A stretch of DNA of 62,678 nucleotides, the filler included, from Basidiobolus ranarum (taxonomy: Eukaryota): NCBI GenBank assembly GCA_040143965.1. It is 8 parts of 8 records of this genome, joined end to end, with 100 filler letters (N's around TTAATTAATTAA, not from the genome) between each part and the next. Parts side by side here need not be neighbours in the genome. Positions count along the whole stretch, not along the records: positions 31,450 to 39,192 come from JASJQH010001071.1; positions 39,293 to 47,023 come from JASJQH010001072.1; positions 47,124 to 54,852 come from JASJQH010001073.1; 5 more parts are not named here. One strand, 5' to 3'. A model generated the notes under the pieces. That model did not search any database, was not told where the DNA came from, and saw only the letters and a list, made by a program, of their open reading frames with translations. Positions 36,822-49,861 of the stretch are shown in pieces. The position numbers were made by a program, and so were the translations under genes. Position 1 is the first letter of the stretch. The number at the start of each line of letters is the position of its first letter.

Positions 36822-38458
36822 TTAATTTAATCGTACGTAATTTGCAGGGAACTAACAAATATTCATTGTGGTTAGGGGTTTTCATCAATAAATTTTTATA
36901 TGGATTCACTTACATTTCCTTCCCGTCCGTTACATCTTCCTTTCCACCAATCATTTTGACTCTCGGTTTTTTTAAGAATTACCACTACATCTCCTTGTTT
37001 GAGTGGCAAATCGTCTACTTCAATAGCATTGAAATCGTATAATGCAGTGGCCGTTTCTTCGTTGACTTTGGGTGGTGGTGGTGGGACTACTCTTCCTCTA
37101 GCCGATGACAAAGGGTTGGCTTGAGAGGTTGTGGAGGAATAAGGTGGTGCTGGGGCTTCATATTGATTAGATTCGTAAGATTGATTGTGACTAGGATAAC
37201 CAGATTTAGAATCGAGTGAATTGGAGTAGTTGTTTGTGCTAGCGTTAGTATTGGTGTTGGTGTAAGTACTTGGAGCTCTAGTTGAGCCAGTAGTTGCATA
37301 GGACGATGGTCTGCCTAATCCCTCAGTAGCAGTGCTAGAAGAAGTATATGGATTGGCTGTAGTATGATTATACGCAGTTTGATTACTTCTAGCTGCCTTA
37401 ATGTTAAGAGCACGAAGTAACATATCAGCATCCGGGGGAGCAGGAACCGTACCAGAGAGAATTTCTCTAGCGGTAATTTTACGACCATAAAATTTAGCAT
37501 TTGCATCTTTTCTTTCTACGATTACTGAACCTTCGATAGAAACGCCTAAATATCTAGATATTAATAAAGAAATCCCAATATTCCAACTGATTAAAATTTC
37601 CAATTTACCCGCAAATAGTCCTTTGGTTTTACTAAAATTTTAAACATATCAAAATGATTTTAGTCTTGGAAAAATTTCGGGAGTTCTATGATATTCAGTT
37701 CATTTTCTTTTTTACCTATATGAATAAATGGCGGCGAAATTTCCAACTGTACCTGCCGCCTCTGCATTACGTCCTACCGGTCCAGCAGCGACTAAATCCC
37801 TCGAGTTAATAATTTCTAGGTATATTCGTGACTTCATTTTAATCTCATCCATTACCTGATAAATTTCCTCCGAGGGTGACGTTACCACCGTGACTAAATG
37901 CTTTAACTGCGTCGGCTGTGTTCAGAATTACCACGAAATCGGTTACTTCGGCACCGATTTGTCCACCGAAGCCCTTTGAACATTATAAAGGTGAGAAGAG
38001 ATGCATTTAAGAACAATAACTAAAAAGACTATGTACCATGCCCCCTGTACCGATACAAGAAGGGCCCGACCAACCTCCGTCCGGTAGACTATATGCAAAC
38101 AGTTAGAATGTTTGTGACTAGATGTCTTCAAGTGAAATAAATAGATATATGTATATATATACCGAGCAATGACCACACCAGTTCCAGCTCTCCCAGACCA
38201 TAGGAAACCAGCTTTAATCACAGTGAAAATAGCTAACCCTTTGGCGTTATTCAAGACATTAGGAGGAATGATAGCATCGGGACCTTTTCCAGAAGAAGTA
38301 TCTATCATAATAATAGTTTAATAAATACACACTACTGAAAACATTTCCAACTACTCGAAAAACCCAACTCAGTTTATCACTTTACCTATGAAACTATTCA
38401 CGATTTTGGCGGCTTTCTTACATTCACCAGCTAGATCACTAGGCATAGGATTAACCAT
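36822..38458 (-). CDS. YSC84: Ysc84/Lsb3 (SYLF + SH3) actin/lipid-binding protein, multi-exon
   Basis: MVNPMPSDLAGECKKAAKI, AKGLAIFTVIKAGFLWSGRAGTGVVIAR, GGNVTLGGNLS, GVSIEGSVIVERKDAN, SH3 ALYDF..DWWKG..FPANYV. Confidence 0.92.
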
Positions 38459-38982
38459 ATTTTTTAAGCTGCTTCGAGTTAAAGAAAATTAGATAGTTTC
38501 GTGTGGTAATGGAATATTAACGAGGAAAGAAGATAATGTATCGTTATAAATTGGAAATAATTTGTAGAGAGTGTGTTGATGGAATCTAATGGAAATTCTT
38601 GCTATTAAATATTAGAATATTATTGAACCAAAATATCCATCATCGCTTGGCTGTGCGATGCATAGGCAATCATCACGTCACATAACCTGACGCTATTCCT
38701 TGGAAATTGCGAATAATAAAGTAATCTCATGGTGTGACTAGATTGCGATATCAATTTAGATAGTTTACATTCCGATATTTATTATGCACAAGTTTGATTA
38801 ATGGGTACATATATGAATACATCCAATGAGTTGATGTTCAAAGGAAGGTATCTCTAACACCAAACTGCTCATCTAACTGCTCATAAATTTATCACAAAAC
38901 ACCAGATACATAAGAGAGGAACAGAGAGGAATGGTAGGAAGATAATATACATTGAGAAATTGAGTATCATAAGTAAACAATA

Positions 38983-39192
38983 TTAAACACTGTATTTGGA
39001 TTCTAATTTCGATTCTAAGTTTGATTCCAATTTCTCGGTGGTTTTCACAGGGAAAAGGATGGGTCCTGCGGATAATTGAATGATGGAATTATTGTTGTTC
39101 AACAAATGAACTGCCGCATTATACCAAGCAAATAATGAGGCTAAGATCCCAAAAAAGCCACCAATTCGCATCCAAACTTCGTACCCGGTAAA
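38983..39192 (-). CDS. GPR1/FUN34/YaaH acetate/ammonia transporter, 3' end only
   Basis: RIGGFFGILASLFAWYNAAVHLL matches the last TM of the Ato/Ady2 family; truncated by the contig end. Confidence 0.75.
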   Translation of the reverse strand, partial: FTGYEVWMRIGGFFGILASLFAWYNAAVHLLNNNNSIIQLSAGPILFPVKTTEKLESNLESKLESKYSV

Positions 39193-39924
39193 NNNNNNNN
39201 NNNNNNNNNNNNNNNNNNNNNNNNNNNNNNNNNNNNTTAATTAATTAANNNNNNNNNNNNNNNNNNNNNNNNNNNNNNNNNNNNNNNNNNNNCGTGTGAA
39301 TGAAGAGAGGCGTGAAATGGGTTGTTGGTAACACCAATAGCTACACCTCTAGCCTAAATGCACACTTCTCACATTTAGCTTTACCCATTCGTAGCGTCGC
39401 CTGTTCAATCACTTTATCAGCCGCATCGTCTATCCCCAAATGAGAAGTCCATTGGACCGAAAGTAGAACATGAAATAGTCCATCGAATATTTACCTCATG
39501 ACCTTTTACTTGCTACCTGCCTATTTTGCCCCCATTTTTACTTTATTGGCTATGATTGGAGAGATTTCCGTAATATTGAGTCAACGGAATACGCTCGTTT
39601 TGTGTATACCGTTCCTGTAGGACTGATCTAGCATTGGTCAGGTGGAAAACTATTAGAGTCCCGATAATACAGCAAATCATCGCACCGAGAATGTGAGAAA
39701 CTTCCTAAAGAATCAAGATCATTTCCTCCAAAAAGGAAATGCCTGGGATTGGATTACCGAACTTAGTTGGACTGAACAAGTATAAAACCACAGCACCTTG
39801 TCTGTGATTTGGATATCATTCAAAGCCTGCTCCTTTTACCAACGCTTCCATCACAAAGCGTCTGTCCTTTCGGTTTCCAATCGCTCAAGTATAGCATTTA
39901 ATATATTCATACATATTTCAAGAC

Positions 39925-41172
39925 ATGTCAAAGTACGACGAAAAATCACTCTCTTACGAGGTAAACGAGGACCCTGAATCTGGGAGAACCAGTTCCTCCT
40001 TCGGTGCTTACTTCAATATCGTTTGCGTTATTGCTGGATTGGGTGTTCTACAAATGGCCTCCGCCTTTAGACAAAGTGGTTGGTTTGGCGCCGTCATTAC
40101 AGTATTCTGTTCTCTCCTGTGTATCTATACCGGTCATCTCCTTATCAAGTGCCTATATTTTGATGGTAAAAATAGACTCGCAGGCTACTCTGCCATCGGC
40201 GAGGCAGCTTTTGGAAAATTTGGCAAGTATATGGTTGAAGGATTCCTACTTTGCTTCTACTTTGGTGTTGCGTGCATCTTCATTATCTTGATTAGTCAAG
40301 ATCTCTCAGAATTGTTTGAACTCGTCAACGTGCATATCAATCTGAAAATATGGACCATCATTGCTGCTGTTGTTATCTGGATCCCATTTGTTGCCTTCAA
40401 GGCTATGAAAGAGGTGGAGATTCTAGCGTTGTTTGGTACCTTGGCTACATTCTTCACCGTCGTTGTCATTGTTGTTGTTGGCCTTATGGATTGGCCTAAT
40501 CACAAGTTCGAAACCCATGAATTTATTAAGCCCGCTGGTCTTCCCATTGCTTTGGCCTCCATCAGTTTGTCTTTCGGTGGTAGCCCCGTATTTCCTGCAG
40601 TAGAGAAAACCATGAAGCGACCAAAATCTTGGACTACAGTTTTATCATGTGCTATGGGAACTGCCCTCGTCCTATACATTCTTGCAGGTGTATTTGGATA
40701 TCTTGTTTATGGAGATTCAGTTGTATCACCTATATTTAAAAATTTGACCAAAAATGGACTCACCGTTGCCGCAATGATTGCTATGACTTTCCACATCATG
40801 TTTGCCGCACCTATTTTACTTATCAGCTTCTCGTTGGAGGTAGAGAAATGGCTCAAAATCACCGATAGTTACATGACTCAAACTAAACAAGTAGTGAGCC
40901 GCTTTTTCTTGAGAACTAGTTTGATGGTTGTATTCTGTCTAGTATCCATGTTTGTACCAGCATTTGGTGATTTCATGTCACTCGTAGGTGCTCTCACCAA
41001 CTGTCAAATCATCTTCGTATTCCCAGTAGTCTTCTACTTGAAACTCTATGGATGGAGAAATATTCCTTGGTACGAATTGATCTTGTGCGCTATTATCCTC
41101 GTTGTAGGTATGCTTAGTTGTGTGCTGGGCACCATCGATGCTATTACGAGCTTAAAAGCCGCCTTAGGTTAA
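39925..41172 (+). CDS. Amino acid/auxin permease (AAAP, Aa_trans) transporter, intronless
   Basis: SSFGAYFNIVCVIAGLGVLQM, YTGHLLIKCLY, SFGGSPVFPAVE, FGDFMSLVGA; about 11 hydrophobic segments. Confidence 0.92.
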   Translation: MSKYDEKSLSYEVNEDPESGRTSSSFGAYFNIVCVIAGLGVLQMASAFRQSGWFGAVITVFCSLLCIYTGHLLIKCLYFDGKNRLAGYSAIGEAAFGKFGKYMVEGFLLCFYFGVACIFIILISQDLSELFELVNVHINLKIWTIIAAVVIWIPFVAFKAMKEVEILALFGTLATFFTVVVIVVVGLMDWPNHKFETHEFIKPAGLPIALASISLSFGGSPVFPAVEKTMKRPKSWTTVLSCAMGTALVLYILAGVFGYLVYGDSVVSPIFKNLTKNGLTVAAMIAMTFHIMFAAPILLISFSLEVEKWLKITDSYMTQTKQVVSRFFLRTSLMVVFCLVSMFVPAFGDFMSLVGALTNCQIIFVFPVVFYLKLYGWRNIPWYELILCAIILVVGMLSCVLGTIDAITSLKAALG

Positions 41173-41793
41173 AACCAATCCTTGAATTTCTTACTCCTAC
41201 ATATATCACCTTGAAAGTAACGTAATTTATATCTACCCCTCTCACCCTCACTCTCACCTTTTTGTGAACATACAATCGAATCTTAATGTAAAGTAATATA
41301 TATATATAAATAACTTATACCATATCAAGAGATTTATTTTTACTGCTAATTATGATAGGATTTCGAATACCATTTATAGAATGATCAGTCATCGGTCTAA
41401 ATTGTGTTAATTGGTCAACATTTAGAAAGCAACATAATATTCTTTGTAATATCGGATTAGGATGATTTAAAATCTACTGTATCTTCGAGCTAGGCGTTAT
41501 CTGAATTTTGCTGGTTCTATTAACATTTATTCTAACGAATTGATTGAATTGAGCAATATTTATATATATGTATTGAATCCAATATTTGTATACAATATAT
41601 AGAATTTAGTTCGATAAAATAAAATCAATTCGTCAAGTAGTCACAAATTGACTTATGAATGAAAAAAAAGGGTTTCTTGAGTATATGTCACAACTATATG
41701 AATAATTTATTGGAAAATTCTATTTACATATGGAATTATTTGGGGAGGGGAGAAGGGTGAATGGGAAATTAAGAGTAAAGATCTATTGAATCT

Positions 41794-43056
41794 TTATGAT
41801 AAGACAGCAATCAAATTTTTCACCGCATCAATAGTACCCAATACACAACTAAGCATACCGACAATGATGATAATGGCGCACAAGATCAATTCGTACCAAG
41901 GAACAGTTCTCCATCCATAGAGTTTCAAGTAGAAGACAACTGGGAATACGAAAATAATTTGACAGTTGGTGAGAGCACCTACGAGTGACATGAAATCACC
42001 AAATGCTGGTACATACATGGATACCAATGTAAACAAAACCATTAATCCAGTTCTCAACAATGGACGATACACATATTGTTTGGATTTAGACATGAAAGTG
42101 TCATTAATGCGAAGCCATTTTTCAATATCAAGTGAGAAACTGATCAATAGAATGGGTGCGGCAAACAATACGTGAATGGTAATGGCGGCAGTGGCGGCAT
42201 AGGTAAGTACAGCTCCTTGTGGGAAATTTTGAAAGATAGGTGAGACTACTGTGTTGCCATAGGCAAGATATCCGATAACTCCAGCTAAAATGTATAGAAC
42301 CAAAGTGGTAAGCATGGCACATGTCAAAATTTTGGTCCAGGCCTTTGGAGTCTTCATTGTCTTTTCTACGGCTGGGAATACCGGACTACCACCAAAAGAT
42401 AAACTGATGGAGGCTAGAGCGATGGGAATGCCAGAAACCTTGACAAACTCATGGGTGTACTTCTTACTCTCATCCAAATCCTTAAGTCCAACAATAAGAA
42501 TAACAACAACGGTAAACACGGTGGCAAGTGTTCCAAATACAGCAAGGATTTCGACTTCTTTCATGCTCTTGAAGATGACAAATGGTATCCAGATAACCAC
42601 TGCTGCGATAATAGTCCACACTTGGCGAGATAAGTGGACACTGGTTTGATCAACCATATCCTTTAAATTGATACCAATCAACATGATAAAGGCACATCCG
42701 ACACCGAAATAGAAGCATAGAAGGAAAACTTCAACTAAATATTTTCCAAATTTACCAAAGGCAGCTTCGCCAACAGCGGAATAACCAGCTAGTCTGTCTT
42801 TTCCATTGTAGTATAGACATTTGATCAAAAGATGGCCAGTGTAGATGCAGAGGAAGCAGGAGAAGACGGTGAGGAAGGCTGCGAACCATCCACTTTGATT
42901 GAAGGCATATGCCATTTGAATGACACCCATACCAGCAATTACGCACACAACGTTGAAATAAGCACCAAAATTGGAGCTAGTTGCGGTATGAGGGTCATCG
43001 CATACTTCAAATGTGAAGTCTTTTTGACAGGAATCTTTCCCTTCAATATCTGACAT
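41794..43056 (-). CDS. AAAP transporter paralog, intronless, convergent with 39925-41172
   Basis: Same motifs; collinear with the neighbouring gene. Confidence 0.92.
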   Translation of the reverse strand: MSDIEGKDSCQKDFTFEVCDDPHTATSSNFGAYFNVVCVIAGMGVIQMAYAFNQSGWFAAFLTVFSCFLCIYTGHLLIKCLYYNGKDRLAGYSAVGEAAFGKFGKYLVEVFLLCFYFGVGCAFIMLIGINLKDMVDQTSVHLSRQVWTIIAAVVIWIPFVIFKSMKEVEILAVFGTLATVFTVVVILIVGLKDLDESKKYTHEFVKVSGIPIALASISLSFGGSPVFPAVEKTMKTPKAWTKILTCAMLTTLVLYILAGVIGYLAYGNTVVSPIFQNFPQGAVLTYAATAAITIHVLFAAPILLISFSLDIEKWLRINDTFMSKSKQYVYRPLLRTGLMVLFTLVSMYVPAFGDFMSLVGALTNCQIIFVFPVVFYLKLYGWRTVPWYELILCAIIIIVGMLSCVLGTIDAVKNLIAVLS

Positions 43057-44643
43057 TGCGAAATCGGTGGTTTGTTAGTTTTTCGGATTTTATCACTTGT
43101 TCCGGCAAGATTTTCGGTACAGAAAAGGGAAGATAGGTTTCTTGGTATCTTAGTGTTTGAATGCCGGAATACAGAAGGTGGGGTCTCCTTTTAAATAAAA
43201 TTTCTCTTCAAACTCGACAAACTCTATCATAAACTATCCGCCAATGCAGATGACTTGCTGAATGTCAATAAGTCTAACTGAAGTAGAGAAACTTCCAGCT
43301 TGTCACACTCCCAACGATTGACATTTAGGGACTTGGTGGCGGTTACCATTGGATGAGCAATAAGGTTAGCAAATAATTTTACAGATTTTGGATCCACTCA
43401 GGGATATGAGTCAGACATTGTCAACAGAAATGGAGCAAAAAAGGGAATTCAAAAGCCAAATTCCCAATTAATCCAGAATCATGAATTTTAACTCGTGAAT
43501 AGTAGTACCTATCGTTTCCAAATCATATATATATATGAACATATATATACTTTCTTGATCGAAAAGAAATCACTATTGGTGTACACCATGGGGTTGGTAA
43601 TTAGGGTAATACAGAGAAAAAAATCTCTTAATATAGAAACAGTCAAGTTACTAGTCATGCGACTTTAGATAATGAGCCCTCCAAAACTGCAATTTCAATA
43701 TTACCTTTAGCTATCCTTGGAATACTATCAGCACCATAGTTGTTAGGATTGGGGTGTTTACACCAAAACTGTCTAAATTTAGTGATAACATGATGGTAAG
43801 CTATCGATGGTGGAGGTTTTACTTTTGCCTAGCTCTATCTTTTAGTAGCTACGCTCAGTATCTAGAGAATTTGTGTTACCGTGGTGGGAGAAGTACCGAT
43901 AAAAAGTTTGAATCTCCAGCATAACATGAAGATCGGCAATAGATATAACACTAGTATGAATGACAGCGGTACCTAGATCTATTGCCGGTTTAGTTGGTAA
44001 CCGGAAATATATGGATGACATATTGTTGATATATACTAATTTACCATGTAGATACATTTTTATACTAAATGAATATTTCTTGGTTGAGCATAGCAGATTT
44101 AAACCTTTCCTATGGGATCACACCCTTCTAATATCACACAAATATCTACGACACCTATAGGCATTTTCTTACCTATAAATAAATCGTGCAAAAGGCATGA
44201 AGAATGATATCGCATCTGAAGCTATCCACAGTTTATTAGTGAAATGCCACAAGTAGAACATTGGCACGCATGTTTAGTAGATATTATAAAAGTTTGAAGT
44301 GTGTGGAGTGGCTGAGTATCAAAGCTATTGTGAGCTTGAGAGATGTATACCGATGACTGGAAATAATGTGCTTATACTGTTGAAGGTAATACTTAAAAAT
44401 AATGAAGCTGAGATTAAAACTGTCCATAAACCTCAAATTCAAGTAGAGAAATCACAGTCAGTACAGTATACTAAATATAAACTAGCACCCATAACTGATT
44501 CACTTTTTTGCACACATTTTTCAAATGACAATACCTTGCTATTTCTCATATAACCTACTCAATGACTAAATAACAAAACGAGACCTTACCACTCCTTATG
44601 ATATTATATACACTTTTATTCAACATTATTAGCAAGTTGGTTT

Positions 44644-45427
44644 TGTTAAAGTATTTTGGGAGGCTGTTGGAAGTGGTTTGGAGAATTAGAGGAACTGGTG
44701 GTTTTCACTTATTGATTTATTCAGTAGAAAGTTGACATTTATAGTTTAGTCAAGATGTAAACAAACTAACGTGTAAAAGGTGTTAAGAAAGGTCTCAGGA
44801 GCATGTGTGCAAAGTTTGGGGCTTCTAGCACAAGTTTGAAAAATCTATATATTTGAGAACTTCTAAGTTGGTGTCAATATTCTAAGTAAATTCCTTTTGA
44901 GAATAATGGATAATATCTTAGTGAATTATAAGACAACTAAGTACTAAGCTATATATGACTATATAGGTGTTTAGGCAATGCTAATTTCAACATAGAATAC
45001 GTTAATTTCAACATAGAATACGTTAAAGAAGGTCCCGTAAATATGTGTGCAAAGTTTGGAGCTTCTAGTACAAGTTTGAAAAATCTATTTTTCTGAGAAC
45101 TTCTAAGTTGGTGTCAATATTCCAAACAAATTCTGATCGAGAATAATGGGTAATATCTTTTTTCAATATAAGATTACTAAATACCAAGTTGTATATGACT
45201 ATATAGGTGTTTAGGCAATGCTATTTCCAATACCCGGAATATGTGCGCAAATTTTGGCACTTCTAGAACCTGTTAAAAGTTTATATATCATAAAACTTCA
45301 AAGTTGGTAAAAATATTCCAAGTAGATTGTGATTGAGAATAGTGGGTGATATCTTAGAGAAATATGGAATAGCTAGATACTAAGCTTTATATGACTATAT
45401 AGATGTTTAGGCTATGTTAATTTAGCA
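44644..45427 (+). mobile_element. Full LTR copy (44644-44992) followed by two head-to-tail partial copies
   Basis: Homologous to 18661-18990. Partial units at ~45013-45230 and ~45232-45427 are progressively more diverged. No TSD found. Confidence 0.8.
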
Positions 45428-46600
45428 ATCAAATCACATTTACTGCAATACTGCTCCTATCTCAATCAGTTAAAAGAGGCTATTAAGTATTCATATGTAT
45501 ACCCAAGTCAGTAATAAAAGTTTCACTGAGCGCAGATGTGTGAGTGTCAAAAGCTGGTAAAACTAACATTTGATCCTAATTTCAAAGATTTTGATGTGGT
45601 GGCATGCCATTGTATAATATCTTGTATAAGTTGTAAAGCTGTCTGAGATATTGTTTTGAATAGACCTCATCTGCATGTATATACTTGTTACTATCAGAGA
45701 AACAGAACAAGTCTCCTACAACTTTTATTTAAGGTAGATAAATTATGAGAATTTGTGCAGTAAAAATTACTTTATGAGTCACTGTAAAATGGATGGATAA
45801 ATATATATACTATATAAAATTGTTAATATCTGGGCTGACCCATGTACAGATTTGATTAGTGCTAGCAAATAGTACTTATATCAAACATGTAATGATAATG
45901 GCCAAAACTAAAATGTCAAAAATTTGAATCTTATGTAACATAGTATTAGGAGATACTTTCAGAGCTGAAAACTGATTTATTAAATATAATGAATATAAAT
46001 TTGTGTAATATAAATCAGAGTAGTGGTATCAAAGGCTGCTATTCGAGCTCTGATTACACTATGTGACAAATATTAAGTTGACCTATGTAGTGAATGCAGA
46101 GATATTGTCAATGATGCAAAAGGTATGCAAAAAAATGAATCAGTTATGAGCGCATAATGTTTTTGAAGCTAGGAAACCATCCTGATTTTTTCTACCTGTC
46201 CTTCATCTGATCGTACCAAAATCGACTAGTAGTTAATGTTGGACCGGATCGTGAATTTCCTGAACACGATGTATGTATAAAATATAGTAAATATACCATT
46301 TCAAGTGGCTTAGGAGTCTTTTTTCGCAAACCTAACAATCGTCTTGTTGAAAAACGTCATCGCGTATCTGTCTGGATTGGCAGATGAAAAATAAATAAAT
46401 CAAGAAATATTTCCATTTGCCCTATGAAAATACGACATTAATATGAGACAATAGGAATTCCTACTAAATTGGACATGTCGTGGATTCATTGATCAAATCA
46501 TTTCATTAAAGTATTGAAACACTTGGACTTCTCTTGGTTAGTTTCGTAGAAGAAAACCACTTATCACTTAACTTTTTACTCAACCAAACGTTAAATTAAT

Positions 46601-46994
46601 ATGGATAAACTTAAGGAAGTAGGTTGCCTTTATTTATAGTCCATTTGTTGCATATATATATACTTCATTTTAAGCTTTGTGAGAAACAATCCTAATGCAA
46701 CTGAGTCTCAACTACTTCTTAGAAGTAGTGAGCATCCTATTTTTTATTAATATTAAATATGGTTTCATTTCAATATTTCATAATGAAAATATGTTTTTAT
46801 TAACTTTTGAATCTCTGCTCTCATAGAGACTCAACACACTTCGCGCTGAAGCTGATGCTGCTGCTACTCGTGCTGAAGAAGCTGAAGCTCAACTAAAAAA
46901 GTTGAATGAAACTCAACTTGACCATGACCAAGATTTGGAGGACGATCAAGAAAAATTCATGCAGCATATCAGTTCTTCTTATATACATTATTAG
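46601..46994 (+). pseudogene. Truncated tropomyosin gene (exon 46601-46618, intron, exon 46827-46994)
   Basis: MDKLKE|RLNTLRAEADAAATRAEEAEAQLKKLNE matches the fungal tropomyosin N-terminus. Similarity fades after ~42 aa and TAG ends the frame at 61 aa. Confidence 0.7.
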
Positions 46995-47123
46995 GATCAT
47001 TATTTATGTTATTAGCGATAGGTNNNNNNNNNNNNNNNNNNNNNNNNNNNNNNNNNNNNNNNNNNNNTTAATTAATTAANNNNNNNNNNNNNNNNNNNNN
47101 NNNNNNNNNNNNNNNNNNNNNNN

Positions 47124-49861
47124 ATCGAGTCGTACGGTCCCGATTCAAACTACTAAATCCCACTCCAAAGCGATGCAACTGAGCGCTCGCGGGATTTGGG
47201 TTAGGAATAGGTGTCGCAGCAATTGAGTGCTGAAAACCCCCGCCATAAGTAAACCCCTAGCATAAAATCCATTACTGGTTACGTGGTATTCAAGTCAGAG
47301 GGATGTTCAATGTATTTACCTGCGTTAGCGCCAAAGGGCTGATCCCTTGTGAATCGTGAATGGATTGTCTTGAAAGTTCCAAGATCGGATCAGGTTTAAT
47401 GAACTGAGGACTCAGGTTATTTCCTAAATCAGCCTCTGGTGTTTCAACAACAAACTGTGATGAGTACCTCGGTATTTTTAATGGAGTTCTTGGGTTTGTC
47501 AGAGATGTTGGCTCAAGTTGATCTATTGACCCGACATCAGTTGCAGAGTGACGACGGGGCTGATTGTATGGCAACGCGTATGGATCAATCAAGGAATGAC
47601 GTCGAAGATAAAGATGGCGTCGTTGAGCCCCAGTCTGATGGGATATCGGCGATTGGCCTAACGGTAGGAGAACGTCGTTAAACTCAGAAATTCGAAAAAA
47701 AAATAAGCAAACACTGAATCGAACAAAGGACTTACCGTATGTATTGTTGAGCACATAAGTGGCGTCAATATTGGAGGGTGGCGTACACGATATAGAATTT
47801 GATGTGTCTAGTTTAGATAGTCATTAATATTGGAGAGTAAATTGTCAATGTCAAGACTTTAGACTCGTACTATGTTCTCCTTGCGCTGCTGACCCTACGT
47901 ATGAATAGTTGACCACACTTGATCTAGGACTTGGATTTTTTGGAGTAGGGGTAGGAGGGAAGGTATTATGGAAGGCATCTAGATCCACACTGGCCGTACT
48001 ACTATAACTGGCCGTCTATGAAGAACAAATGAGTGAACTGAAAGCCATAAGTCTGGCATTAATAAAACTTACGTATTTGCCAACAATCTTTCTTAATGCA
48101 TCAGGTAAAACTTTCCAAGGAAAAACTTTTACATCCTTCTCAATATTTCGCGGTTTAGGGTTGGGAAAAGACATAATGAGCTTGAAAAAGTCGGAGCACT
48201 CTTGCTTGCATTTGGAGATTGTTAATGGGCGAAATCCCTCTAAATTACGACGTATACGGTTCTTTTCTTCTACAGTAAACCGGACGGCAATTAAAGATTC
48301 GAGTAAATATATACAGTCCACGCTGGTAATGTAGTAATCGTTCTTTTGCTCCCAATATATACACGAAACTACAATACTATTTGGTGGAAGATCCGCCGGT
48401 ACAACTGATTGAAATGAACATTGAATAGCGCTGTCCTCGTGAGTGCGCCAAAACTGGACTAACCTACGTCTGCATTTGTTTTCATCAGAAGTCCTAAGAA
48501 TTCAAGATAATGCTAAATTTAGACACTTCATTTAGTATTCAATTTCCTCTAATGAAATGAACTAACCAGTCTTTCATCATATCATCGAGATGCCCCTTGA
48601 ATATTAGTGACGCTTTTTTCGTTAATGATGAATACCCATTATAATTCGCTAACGGTGGCGCGGTTGAGGAATTGGTGTTCCCTCCCAACCCCTCACTGCT
48701 TAAGTTGTGATCATTTTCAGCATGACCTTGACTCTCATCACTTTTCATGTCGAATTCGTTGTGAATACCTAAATCGGAGCTACGTCTCAAGCTAGAGTTT
48801 GAGAAGTTTGGCTGGGAGAAATTGCTTGAGTCCATTGAATTGTCTGAGATATACTGAGCCTCTGGTTGGCCAGATATATTCTCATTAATTGAAATACTTG
48901 AAGAAACCCCCATATCGCCATACATGTTCATCATTGAAGAAGTGTTATTCATATTAAAGTGGCCCGCTGAGGAGAATTCCGGTCAGATTTTGCTAGAGCA
49001 TTGAAGATATTGACAGAACGTACCATTTTCAGGTTTGATAAAGCTTGCGGAGTTGATAGGGTTTGTATCGTAATTATCGTTCCCGTGGCCTCCGTTTAAG
49101 AAGTCATAGTTACCATTTTGAACTCCATTTAAAGTAGACATGCGCGGTTCTAATATGTAGTCAAGTCAATAAGGAAAACAACTTTTTGCAAAACCTAATT
49201 GTACCTTTGATTTCCAGATCCTCCAGGATGCCGGTTAGTTGACTGTGATTTTCGTTGGGAAATAGATTTTTTGGAGGTTTCATAAAATTCACTAGAAATA
49301 GATGATTAGCCAACAGAATAGCACCAATATTTTGATAGTGATTGATATTCCATTTACTTTGAGAAAATGTGTATTCTCCAAAATACCAACTATCCAAGAC
49401 GGCATCCCCTTCGATGGCTAGTATACATACAGGAACCTTGCTTTCGAACCATTTTGTGGTAGCAAGTTCCGGTACCATGCAACTCAGAGTAGTATACCCG
49501 TGGGCGTTCCACTGCTTTGTATCTTGAACTACATAAGTACCAAAGCCTAACTTTAGTAGCTCATTAGGGCAGAATTGTAAGACAACCGTAAAGGGCATTC
49601 CTTCTGAGCCATTTTTGGGGTAATACTGTAACACACGTGGGCGAGGAATATCACGTACTCTGCTAAGGTCGGAGGGTTTTAGCTGAGCAGCGAAAGCTAA
49701 GTTGAGAAAGGTATTAAGTCCACCGTTTTGACAATTGTTCAAAGTAGAGATAACAAGTACAAGTTGAATGTAACTCGAGAGAAGTGAGACCAATAATAAA
49801 TATCAAGTTACAAAAAGCAAAAGATAAGTATAAAATAAAACCTACGATTGTCGGTTGACAT
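47124..49861 (-). CDS. MedA/Medusa-like developmental regulator, multi-exon, 3'-partial
   Basis: RRRLVQFWR, VSCIYWEQKNDYYITSVDCIYLLESL, FTVEEKNRIRRNLEGFRPLTISK, PNPKPRNIEKDVKVFPW. Probable ATG 49861 with a short first exon. Confidence 0.82.
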
